46,880 bases of DNA, taken from positions 124,649,560 through 124,696,439 of the forward strand of contig NC_068982.1 in the NCBI RefSeq assembly GCF_001194135.2, written 5' to 3'. This document shows positions 35,712-46,880 of the stretch, one piece after another (the first letter of the stretch is position 1; each line of letters begins with the position of its first letter). The DNA comes from Octopus bimaculoides (taxonomy: Eukaryota). The notes under the pieces were generated by a model. That model was not told where the DNA came from and ran no database searches. It saw only the letters and a program-made list of their open reading frames with translations. A program made the position numbers and the translations under genes.

Positions 35712-36224
35712 AAATGTGCAGAAATACAGACTGCAAAAGAAAATTCCAATATTGAAGTATATGTGCACCACTACATTTGAAATAACTGCATCTCTCTCTC
35801 TCCCTTTTCCCTCTCTCTTTTCCCCCTCTCTCTCTCCCTCTCCCTGTATGTGTATATCTGCATGTAATTAGATGCGTTCTGTTTGCCTTGTATTTCCTCA
35901 ATCAGAAATATTATTGTTATTACTATCATTACCGACGCCGTCATCGCCGACATCATTATCTTCCTCATTAACATCGTCACTACGTTGCATAAATACGTGT
36001 GTATATACGTGTATGTTTGTGTGTATGCTTGTGTGTGTATGTGTGTGTGTGTTTGTGTGAGTGTGTGTAAGAGTGAATGTGTACGTGTTTGATAGCGACG
36101 TTAAACTTCCCCTTTGAATATCACTTTATCATTCCTGGTTCTTAGTTTGAGAATAGTTGCCATTTGCAAATGTCAGGCGCATCAATTTTGGTCATCTACT
36201 CATTAAGTCCTTTAAATGTGCTTA

Positions 36225-36282
<58 letters not shown>

Positions 36283-37148
36283 GTAGATATACATATGTAC
36301 ACACACTTCTACATACACACATATACAAACTCATATGTATGCCCATATGTTGTACATACATGTACATCTATATATGTGCATCTGTGTGCATGCCTAGATG
36401 CTTTTGTGTAGCATTTAGAGAACAATAGGAAAACACAAGTATCTATCAATCTACCACTGTCTATACACATACAAACTCACACTCACACACACACACAAAC
36501 ACACACACGCACGCACACACACACACACACACAAATACTCACACACATACACACACATATACACACATATATATACACTTGCATTTACATACATGCGTTC
36601 GCATATATATTACATGTATGAATGCATGTGATGGTATGTATGCATGTATGTATTGCATTGCATCTTGAGAGGGTCACTTTGCCAACAAGAAGCACACATA
36701 CACGGTTTCAATTTCGCTATGATTATCATTAGTCAATTAGTTGATCAATTAATTGAGTGACTAATCAGAAATAAAAGGATGGGAAACAGAACGAGTGTGT
36801 GTGTTTGTTATGTGCAAAGTGACCCTCCCAAGATACAACTACACCTCTCTCAACATACAATTTTATATTTTGCAAAACAATTTCACAGACAACACACACA
36901 CACACACACACACAAAGATCGCTAGCCACTACACATTCTCTTTTATCTTTTCTTTTTTTTTTTCTCTCTTTTTTTTCTTCTCTGCTTGTTTCTTTCTGTG
37001 TCCCTTTCTGTGAAAGAGCATAGGCTGGAAACGTTAAAGACTTTTTCACTTCCCGAGCGTTACACTCATACATCTGTTTGTTGTCTACACCACCTGTCTT
37101 CGTCTTTTGTTTTTTTTTTTTGTGAATTCTCCCTACATATATATATTT

Positions 37149-37282
37149 AACCCCTCTTATCACGAATAAATGAATATGAGAAAGAGAAGAGATAAAGCAC
37201 GATTTATTCGTGATCTGAAGTGTTCGAGAACCGAGGTACTACTATTCGTGATAAGAGGGGTTCGAAAACCGAGGTACTACTG
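37149..37282. mobile_element. Rearranged terminus of a pogo/Tigger-like MITE
   Basis: Two copies of ttcga(g/a)aaccgaggtactact plus a 20-bp perfect inverted repeat. Confidence 0.5.
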
Positions 37283-39039
37283 TTTATATATATATATATA
37301 TATACAAATCTGCATACATACATACATACATACATACATACATCCATACATCCATCCATCCATACATACATACATACATACATACATACATACATACATA
37401 CATACGTATAACTTATTAAGGGCACATAAAACTGTAAGAGTGAACACAATGATGCGCATAGTCATTCTTAATATTTTCCGGCAGATTTGAAAGTGAATAT
37501 GGTAATTATTGCTGTATTTCGGTTTTAAAAATCGACTTCTTCCGTCAGGATTCGTGTTATATCTCAAATGATTCACTAATATAGGAAGACTTTGGAACGG
37601 GATTATGTCTATTCAGTCAAAGCTACCGCCAGATCTCTGAAGCTAAGCATGAATAGCCGTTCTTGTTAATAAAATCCAGCAAATAAATTACAATATACAT
37701 TCCAGTCATGATCACATCGTTTCTATTTTTGTACCCACGACTATATTAGATATATCTTCTTTTTTGTAAAAAAAAAAAGGGAAGAGAGTGATTTGAATGA
37801 GGTTAGGTTGTTATTTTTAGTGGCTTCAGTCGCCGCGTGGAAGTTCCTTCGTTGTCTTTCGTGATGTTATAGTGTAATGGTATACTTATTTCTTTGTATT
37901 CTTTATTATCAATTTTGTAGTTATCTAGCTTATGCAAGAGCAATGTTAAATCCAAGATGGAGAATATCCTTATGAGTACGAACCATGAATGACCAAGAAA
38001 AAGATTTGTTTATTCACCATAACATTGCCATTCAAAGATGAAGGAAACTAACAAATCTCAAATTGCATGTTCATCCGGTGTTTGATATTCAAAATATCGA
38101 TCATTCCTTAACCATTTCTTATGTTCAGATCAACATTAGATTTGATCCGCTTTATATAAATATGTACTGCTTAATTCTAATTTTACCTTTTTTCTTTTTT
38201 ATAAATATTTCACTTTCTGTCTTTGCGATATGAATTCATTAATATTTCTGAAAGTCATTAACGTTTGAGAATTCATTAAAACAGATTAAATCCAAATTGG
38301 AATAAATGTCGATTAAAGGAATACATGAAACGACTTTATTACAAACCGGAGATTATTCAATTAAATTAAATGATAACAGCTTGTTGCAGTTTCATACAGT
38401 TGATACAATTTCCGCTTCCTGCAGTAATAACTTCCAATATATAAATATTAATCGACTCAACACATTTTTACCAAATGTGTAATGGAAGTGGGTGAGGATT
38501 GGTTTAGTTCTCTGATTACTAATATAACGTCTACCTAAATCTCAAGAATGACTCACGGCTTGCATGAATAATGATACTGGCAGTTAAAATTTTTTACTTG
38601 CACCTGCGATAAGAACGGTAATTCCAGAACCATTCTGGCAGCATTAGAGTGTGTGTGTCTGTATATATATATATATATATGTATAAATACATACTGCGAT
38701 AATTTTTACAGTGTTCATATTAATAACGACTTTGGTCAAGAATTACACTGATTTAGGTCAAAAGTCTTAGCCATTGCTCCCTGGCGAAATATGACTTTGT
38801 AACATGCACCGTGCTTTCTCTATGCTCCAATCTAATCGTCTCAGGTGCCTACATAGTAACATGCAGACATAGGCACCCTTTCGGCCATCATATACTCAAG
38901 GAATATGAGGAATATAACATCGGGAATGTGACAGTTGGAGGAGCCGAGGGCAGCACAAGTACATGGCTGGTACTTACTATCAGCTGACTGAAGCACCATT
39001 AAATAAATGCCGTGTGGTGTTACATCTGGTTATTTATGT

Positions 39040-39192
39040 CCTTATTTCGCTGAGGTAAAACTTTGTCTTTCATCCTTTTGAGATCGATAAAATAAAGTAC
39101 CATCAAGTACTCAGGTTGATAATATCGACGAACTCCATCTCCCTTCGAAATCACTTGTGTTGTGCCTAAATCAGAAGTTATTATTATTATCA
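39040..39192 (+). mobile_element. SINE family 2 fragment
   Basis: ctttgtctttcatccttttgagatcgataaaataaagtacc with (TTA)n tail. Confidence 0.75.
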
Positions 39193-39342
39193 TTCCTTCG
39201 TACAAAGTGTAGGAAAAAATGCACCGGAGCCTTTAGTCATCTGTCAAGTCACAACGAGAACCTCAGACAGATAATACTTTCCTTAAGATGTTCACTGTGC
39301 CCAATAGGGCTGCATTTTGCAAGACATCAATCTTGCATGGGA

Positions 39343-39387
<45 letters not shown>

Positions 39388-39397
39388 NNNNNNNNNN

Positions 39398-39429
<32 letters not shown>

Positions 39430-39430
<1 letters not shown>

Positions 39431-39630
39431 GGCTGCGAGCTAGCAGAATCGTCAGCGCATCTGACAAATGCTTAGCAGCATTTCGTATGTTGGCAGTTCA
39501 AATTCCTCAGAGATCGACTTTGATTTCATCTTTAAGAATCGATAGAATAAGTATCAGTTGAGCGCTGGCGTCGATGTAATCGACTTGCCTTCTCCCCCAA
39601 AATTGCTAGACTTTTGCCAAAAATTTGAAA
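39430..39630 (+). mobile_element. SINE family 2, near full length
   Basis: ggctgcgagctagcagaatcgtcagc head, family body, (ATC)n tail. Confidence 0.85.
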
Positions 39631-39710
39631 TCGTCATCATCATCATCGTTATCATCATCGTCATCATAATCATCATCATCATCATCATCATCATTATTAT
39701 TATTATTATT

Positions 39711-40050
39711 GAGTGGGAGAGCAGTGCATGCCATGAGCGTGATACTGAGGTAAAATATACGAAGCCCAGTATACCCACCATGATTACCCGTCTGATAAGG
39801 GTACACCAGGCACATGCATCACGACCATATGTGCACAACATTGTGATCTCATATCAAGATAAACAGCGCATGACCTTGCAGGTGGGGCCCAGTTAAAATT
39901 TTCTTCAGGTCGAGTTGCCCCTCCCGCTCAAAAGATCTCTGAATAAGGGTTATTTAAGGATGCTGAACAAAACACCTATGTTTCCAAAGGTGAATTATCC
40001 AAACCCCAAGAATTCCTTCCAAACACATGGCTATGAAGCTCCCCCACTAC
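39711..40050 (-). mobile_element. Interspersed retroposon-like repeat with (AAT/GAT)n tail
   Basis: GC-richer block abutting a simple-repeat tail. Recognised by pattern only; family not assigned. Confidence 0.55.
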
Positions 40051-40410
40051 TTCTGCTCGTCATACACAGTTAGAATACATTATTTCATTTTGGAAAACAG
40101 AAATGAATTTTAATGAGTATTACTTACTCGGATATAGTCCAACACTTTTAGTGAGTATTACCCACTCGGATATTGTCCAATACTTTGTCAGTATGGCGAG
40201 CGTGTTTACACGTGTTGTTCGAGTGACGGAGATGATACGCAGTTAAAATACATCATTTCATTCAGAAAATAGAAATAAATTTTAATGAGTATTACTTACT
40301 CGGATATAGCCCAACATTTTGTTAGTTATTTTAGGCTCTATTTATTGTCTTTATTCCTGTTTTTGGATAGATTTCGGAGCAGTGTTTTATAACTCTCACA
40401 TGTTAAACGT

Positions 40411-40412
40411 CC

Positions 40413-40456
<44 letters not shown>

Positions 40457-40458
40457 GT

Positions 40459-40529
<71 letters not shown>

Positions 40530-40530
40530 T
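40411..40530. repeat. Compound (ATT)n(ACT)n microsatellite
   Basis: Directly visible. Confidence 0.97.
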
Positions 40531-40934
40531 TTGGTGTTGATATTTCCTAATACTCATATATCGTTTTTACTTAGAAACATGTTTTCCTGCCGAATACGTC
40601 TAGAGAACAACACGGACGCCTTGCATTGGCATTTGAGCAATTTGCTGTATGAGAGTGGAGGATGCAAGATGTTTATTTTCGTTTGGCACCAACAGTGCAT
40701 GCAGGTGCATCTGAATGTATAATGTTGTTGCTTGATACTTTTTTTTCTTTTTCGCAGCGTACATGCTATATCAGTTAAAGATTTTTTAACGATTTTCTGT
40801 TATAAGTTTACAGTAATCGCCATCATAAAATTAACCGCCGCTTCTGTTAATATTATCTTTTACTCGTTGCGTAAATGTTTCTAATTATTTTTTTCATCGT
40901 ATTTTATTATTATTATTCACTCAATACAAAACAG

Positions 40935-41105
40935 AGAGCGAACAGAATCGTTAGCATGTCGGACAAAATGCTTAGCGGCATTTCTTTTGGCTATATGTTC
41001 TGAGTTTAAATACTGGCCAAGTTAGCTTTGCCTCTCGGAGTCGATGACATAATTACCAGTTGAGCACTAGGAGTGTTCGACTTTCTCACTCCCTCCAAAA
41101 TTGCT
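40935..41105 (+). mobile_element. SINE family 2
   Basis: cagaatcgttagcatgtcggacaaaatgcttagcggcattt. Confidence 0.8.
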
Positions 41106-41302
41106 CACTACATTAAACATGTTAACACTCCTTTTACTATCGTTTATGACGCAGAGGATGTCTCTGAATAATGTACTTTGGTGTTTGTTTTTAATTCTAA
41201 TAATACCAATTTTTAACATCTATGCTTGCAGAATATTGTATATCTGTCTAATGATTATCTCATCGGCATATCAAATAGTACGAAGATCTCCAGTTCTAAT
41301 AC

Positions 41303-41354
41303 TTCGCTGATGAGGACTAATAAGACAGAAATATAACCTGAGTTATCTCACGAA
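41303..41354 (+). ncRNA. Degenerate type I hammerhead-ribozyme-like motif
   Basis: ttcg-CTGATGA-ggactaataagaca-GAAA-tataacctgagttat-cTC-acgaa. Core boxes are intact; stem II, the stem III base and the stem I junction carry defects. Confidence 0.35.
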
Positions 41355-41469
41355 CTTGCTGAAATGATACTGTTGTCTTCTCCTTGTGGTATAATTATTT
41401 CTAATTAAATTTTTAAAGCACACCACATTAAATATGTTAGCTCAATCTTGACTATCGACTCTATATCTG

Positions 41470-41805
41470 AGATACCCTTCGGTCATGACTGACCATGGGA
41501 TTGCACCTAGAAAGTTACTCTCCCAGGCACAAGTCCGGACAAGGTTGTTTATGGAAGACCAGCAGTCGCCCATGCATACCGGCCTCTCCTCTGCACGCCA
41601 GCGTTGTTATCCAAGGGAAAGGCAAAGAGGCCGATGCAGCTCGGCACCTGTGAAGTTGCAATTCATTTCTACAGCTGAGTGAACTGGAGCAACGTGAATT
41701 AAAGTGTCTTGCTCAAGAACACAACACGCAGCCCGGTCCGGGATTCGAACTCACAACTTCACGATCGTAAGCTCAACGCTCTAACCACTGAGCCATGCAC
41801 CTTCA
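41470..41805 (-). mobile_element. Full-length SINE family 5 with probable 11-bp TSD
   Basis: Head gtgaaggtgcatggctcagtggttagag...gagttcgaatccc. tc(g/a)actctata at about 41455 and 41807. Confidence 0.9.
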
Positions 41806-43409
41806 CTCAACTCTATAACACATCAAAATATTAGATCATACTGAAGATATATCTATTTATTTATTGTAAATTTATTGTATCTCAGGGGAATAAAGTGTCT
41901 TGACGATTTGAATAATAACGCAGTTAATATCGCAGCGACAAACTGACCGCAACGTGTGTGCGCGTGTATGTGCACACATACACACATAGGCCTAAATATA
42001 CATACACATGCACAGGTATGCCTTCATATACATACACGTACACACACATACACGTACACACACATACACGTACACACACATACACGCACATACACATACA
42101 CGCACATACACATACACGCACATACACGTTGCATATATAAGTGTGTGGTGGTTTTGTGGGTATGGGTGCGTATGTTTGTGTACATGTATGTTAATATAGG
42201 TTTGTTCGCTTGTTTGTTTGCGTCTTGTTTATTTGTGTGTGTGTGTGTGTGTACGCGTGTCTTTCACCAATATATATCAGCGACAGATGAGAAGCCGAAA
42301 ATTTCGTGCGCGTCGAACGAACACAATTTACGCTGTGCACTAAATTACTGGCACTCCCTTGCCGTGGTCCCCCATCAAACATGCATTAATCTAATAACCG
42401 GCCCATAAGAGACCTTCGATCAACAACGTTATTGTTCCACCATTACCGTATTAAATATAAATATAAATAAAATAAAATAAAATAAATGTTATGTAGGTGT
42501 GTTTCTAATTTATGCATTAACCTATGTGCACTGACGTTTGCTCGTAGTTGAAGAAAGCAGTTACTTATTTATCTTTACAGCTATTTATATGATTTAGTAA
42601 TAAGGTACAAAACAAAACTGCACTCGGTAACCCGCCACCACACGTAATCTCATTTTGCTTGTTCTTTTGCTTGTTTTATTTTTTCCACATTTTTTTTTTT
42701 TTGATAATAAATCCCTGTACATTGATGCAAGAAACATTAGAAGCAACTTAATTCTGGAAGCTACTTACTCTTAGACCCATAAAGAAATGTTTCGAAATGC
42801 TAATTTTTCAATTCACGGGTTTGTATAATAGGCGACTGGTTTAGCTTAGCTTTGTTAGTAACTACCAGGCAGCGATCTAGGATACAGAACGTTCGCTGTA
42901 TATAGCAATGACGTAAGATACACCAATAGAGACAAAGTGATTCGCAATGGAAACTGAATATGAAATCAAAATGTAAAGAACTGGAACAAATATCGTACAT
43001 CAATCATACTGATCTAGTCTATTCAGTTGAAAATGAATAGCGACCAAGTTCTGCTGTTGCTCTCTGTTCCTTCGGTTACGTTCTCGACGTCCCGTCGGAT
43101 TAAATGAGTAGGGCAGAGAGTGTATGTACGTTTACTTGCGACTGAATAGGCACCGGGGATAATTGGCGAAATTGTAGTGTATATTGCCAAGTCATATTCG
43201 CTTGCTAGTCACAGCTATGGTCTTTGAAATAATCTAGTATAACAGCCATTGGCCAAAGTCAATATCATTCTGGACATTGCAGCAGTTATTGCGGTGTGTG
43301 TGCATGTGTGTGTGTGTGTGCGCGCGCAGACACACACACACGCACACGCTCATATCAAGCACATGATTGGCCATAGTGAAGAGATAATGTGTAATGACTT
43401 TATTTTAAG

Positions 43410-43467
43410 GGAAACGGAAGAGTTAACTGGGAGTTTCCAATTTCCATCTATTTATCAACTTTTAAAG
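43410..43467 (+). CDS. Candidate 58-nt exon (ETEELTGSFQFPSIYQLLK or GNGRVNWEFPISIYLSTFK)
   Basis: Acceptor ctttattttaag| and donor aaag|gtaact, two open frames. Confidence 0.3.
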
Positions 43468-43629
43468 GTAACTTTAGCGATAGACTGTATCTACACAGTT
43501 GTCATATCTGGCCCAAATCGTCATATCTGGTTCAAATGTCTGGCTCAAATTTGGCTCATATCTGGCTCAAAAACATATATGGAATTACGTAATTTTGAAC
43601 AGGTAATATATATATTACATATGTATGCA

Positions 43630-43726
<97 letters not shown>

Positions 43727-44604
43727 GTGGTCTTTGATACACTATGTCTGAATCTCTGAAGTAAAAGCTGAACTAGTCATGAATGGTATATTTTTCGTCA
43801 GAGTTCCTCTCGGTCAAGGCTGATCTGGAAATTATAACATGTAAAAAGAATATCGAAGGCAAAACAAACAAAAACAGAATTAATATCTTCGGTATGATAT
43901 TTCGCTAGCTTACAGTAGATTTAATTAAAGTTGATACAAGAATAATAGCTAGGTAAGTAGTTTCACTCATTGACTTGTGTGCACTCAACGGCGAAATTTG
44001 TGTATAACAAAGAGTGCTTCGTTAATCAAACAACGAAGATTATGAGGAAGCACGCCTCACTGCTGTAGATAGCAAACACACTGATGAATTGTTTTGTTAA
44101 CCTACAATGTAATATAGAAATTTAGTGATTGGCTAATGAAGAGGATAATGGAGACCGACAGTTATGTCATTGTTCAATAGGCCACCATACGTAACTTCTC
44201 AAGGGGCAATAACTTCTTACGTAACTTCTTAGCGAATGAAAACCGTCAGTCGGTTTCAATTTCCAACTGATGAAAATTTACGACACTTTATGTTTATTTA
44301 TTTATTTATTTTTCTCTTACCCTGAAACATAGTCTTCTTCCCTTGTGGAAAATATATTAATATACCGAAATGCTTTAAAGTAACTACAACCTAACCATTT
44401 TGGATTACTAATAACTAATTAATCAGTGTGTATGTTCGTGTGTGTGTTAGTGTGTTTATCTGCCTCCAGGAATGTATACATAACTGAAAAAAATACACAA
44501 GCACATACTGTATGTATATAAAATATTTATGTATGCTGAACGTTATATAATGATAGACGATATAACGGTTGGCTGGTTGATCGTCCAATCGCGCTTTTCA
44601 TCAA

Positions 44605-44647
44605 AGAGAGATAGAGAAATAGAGAAAGAATGAGAGAGAGAGCGTGC

Positions 44648-44737
<90 letters not shown>

Positions 44738-44780
44738 ATGTGAAAGAGAGAGAGAGTGAGAGAGAGAGAGAGAGCGAGAG
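44605..44780. repeat. (GA)n microsatellite
   Basis: Directly visible. Confidence 0.97.
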
Positions 44781-45670
44781 AGTTATAAGAGCTGCAGGGT
44801 GAGTGTACATACGAGGCTTGGACACATTTTTGAATGAAATTTTGGCGATAGATTTTCCAGAGATTGGATTGCAGTTATGTTGATGAAGCTTAGAATAACA
44901 ATAATATATATTTGTTGCAATATATATATATATATCAGGGACGTGCCGCCTAGGTAGGCAGAGTAGGCAGTGCCTACCTTGAATAAAATAGATCGATAGC
45001 AATATTTCCTCTAATGGCAAAATATGCACCTAATTCAATAAAATTATGAAAGTTAGTCTGATTACTATGTATAAAATGCAAAATGTTTTATTTTATTTTT
45101 TGTAAATTAGGTAAGCATAATTCGCCCCTGCTTTTCAATCTCAGTATTTAAGCTACGCATAATACAACACCGTTTTCTTTACGTGCTATAAAGGCAGAAA
45201 TAGATCTGCCTTCAACTCAGTCGCGCGCTTATGTTTCGCTTATTTTTTTGTGTGTTTTACTACATAAAAGTCACCAACTGTCTACTCTGAGTAATTATTG
45301 ACGTCACGTACCTGATATATATATATATATATATATATANNNNNNNNNNNNNNNNNNNNNNNNNNNNNNNNNNNNNNNNNNNNNNNNNNNNNNNNNNNNN
45401 NNNNNNNNNNNNNNNNNNNNNNNNNNNNNNNNNNNNNNNNNNNNNNNNNNNNNNNNNNNNNNNNNNNNNNNNNNNNNNNNNNNNNNNNNNNNNNNNNNNN
45501 NNNNNNNNNNNNNNNNNNNNNNNNNNNNNNNNNNNNNNNNNNNNNNNNNNNNNNNNNNNNNNNNNNNNNNNNNNNNNNNNNNNNNNNNNNNNNNNNNNNN
45601 NNNNNNNNNNNNNNNNNNNNNNNNNNNNNNNNNNNNNNNNNNNNNNNNNNNNNNNNNNNNNNNNNNNNNN

Positions 45671-45712
<42 letters not shown>

Positions 45713-46480
45713 TGAATATGTATGTATGTGTGTATAGATGCATTATGTTTGAATGAAATACATTTTTTCAATTGAGTACATATTATTGAAAACAATCTTA
45801 TCATTAGACTCTCATGCTAAACTAATACTAGCACGCTATATATTAAATACTGACCGTTGGAAATACAAGACACACAATGCGAATATTAATGATACAGCCT
45901 CTACATTATTGATCGAATCTTTCAGATAGAGTAATTTATTAAAACCTTATTGTTGATGATTTGCATAGAAATGTCAGATTAGTGACAACGTCACAATTAT
46001 CAATGGGTAGAGCCAGTAACTGGTCAGAGGAGAACAACTTCGACCATAATCAACTTTTATTCTGAATGAGTCGCTGATGTTAATGATTAATCAGTGCCAG
46101 ATAGTTGGAGAGATTCCCCATCGATTGATTCTGTTGTTTCTTGTTTTGTTTTTGGTTGAACACCAATTGTTATTGATGGAGCTATTCCATTCAATAATGT
46201 TTGTGAGTAAAGATCTAAAATAATCATATATATATATATGCCTAAATCAATGTAGGCGTTAGTAGGATTGGAGAATATAGTTCAGTTCTCCTGTCCAATT
46301 GATTGGTAGAAATGGTGTGTTTGCCCAAATTATGTGATATTGAACTCATCTTGACTTAACTGATTACAAATATTTGAGAACGGAATAATAGATCAACAGG
46401 ATACATTTTATAATGAAGTTATGGATTAGCTTTTAACGAAGATATTTAAAATATGACTACATCATTAGTTTCGTAGGCTC

Positions 46481-46643
46481 AAGAGTTGGTGTGTGGTAAG
46501 TAGCTTGCTTACCAACCACATGGTTCCGAGTTCAGTTCCACTGCGTGGCACCTTGGACAACTGTCTTCTACTATAGCCTCGGGTCGACCAAAGCCTTGTG
46601 AGTAGATTTGGTAGACGGAAACTGAAAGAAGCCCGTCATATAA

Positions 46644-46679
<36 letters not shown>

Positions 46680-46860
46680 ATGTTTGTGTGTCTGTGTTTG
46701 TCCCCCCACCATTGCTTGACAACCGATGCTTGTGTGCTTAGATCCCCGTAACTTAGCGATTCAGCAAAAAGAACCGACAGAATAAGTACTAGGCTTACAA
46801 AGAATAAGTTCCGGGGTCGATTTGTTTGATTAAAGGCGGTGTTCCAGCATGGCTACAGTC
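46481..46860 (+). mobile_element. Near full-length tRNA-derived SINE family 1 with internal (TA/TG)n
   Basis: A-box-like gtgtggtaag, B-box-like ggttccgagttcagttcc, core ctgcgtggcaccttggacaa, 3' end gttccagcatggctacagtc. Confidence 0.92.
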
Positions 46861-46880
46861 AATATATATATATATATATA

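Noticed and set aside
37630-37670. 5S rRNA-like segment cagatctctgaagctaagca
   Set aside because: Only about 20 nt resemble the 5S A-box region and the flanks do not align; at most a decayed fragment.
42278-42315. cagatgagaagccgaaa as a second hammerhead
   Set aside because: The core is CAGATGA rather than CTGATGA and no stems I-III can be formed.
44936-45130. hAT-like MITE with cagggacg/cgcccctg ends and a 9-bp hairpin
   Set aside because: The termini match only loosely and there is no 8-bp TSD, so it is not supported as a feature.

Overview
AT-rich animal genomic scaffold with about nine N-gaps, dense (CA/TA/TACA/GA)n microsatellites and many copies of several tRNA-derived SINE families. 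The repeat content points to an octopus genome (inference from pattern recognition, no database search). Most of the six-frame ORF track is microsatellite or N-gap artefact. Recognisable coding remnants are all transposon-derived: RTE-clade LINE pieces (APE and RT domains), an R4/Dong-like RT fragment, two REL-endonuclease 3' ends and a pogo-type transposase C-terminus inside intact TIRs. There are also hAT, piggyBac and Helentron/Helitron-type non-autonomous elements. No known host protein could be identified. The best non-repeat signal is a compact minus-strand multi-exon candidate (about 20.4-23.1 kb) inside a strongly CpG-depleted block, next to a CpG-rich promoter-like region. Its spliced frame gives a 42-aa ORF whose TAA is followed by further open in-frame sequence, and one exon is flanked by an inverted MITE pair. 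Other notable items are a decayed hammerhead-like motif, a near-perfect 170-bp inverted duplication, a 36-bp VNTR abutting a splice acceptor and several fold-back structures.
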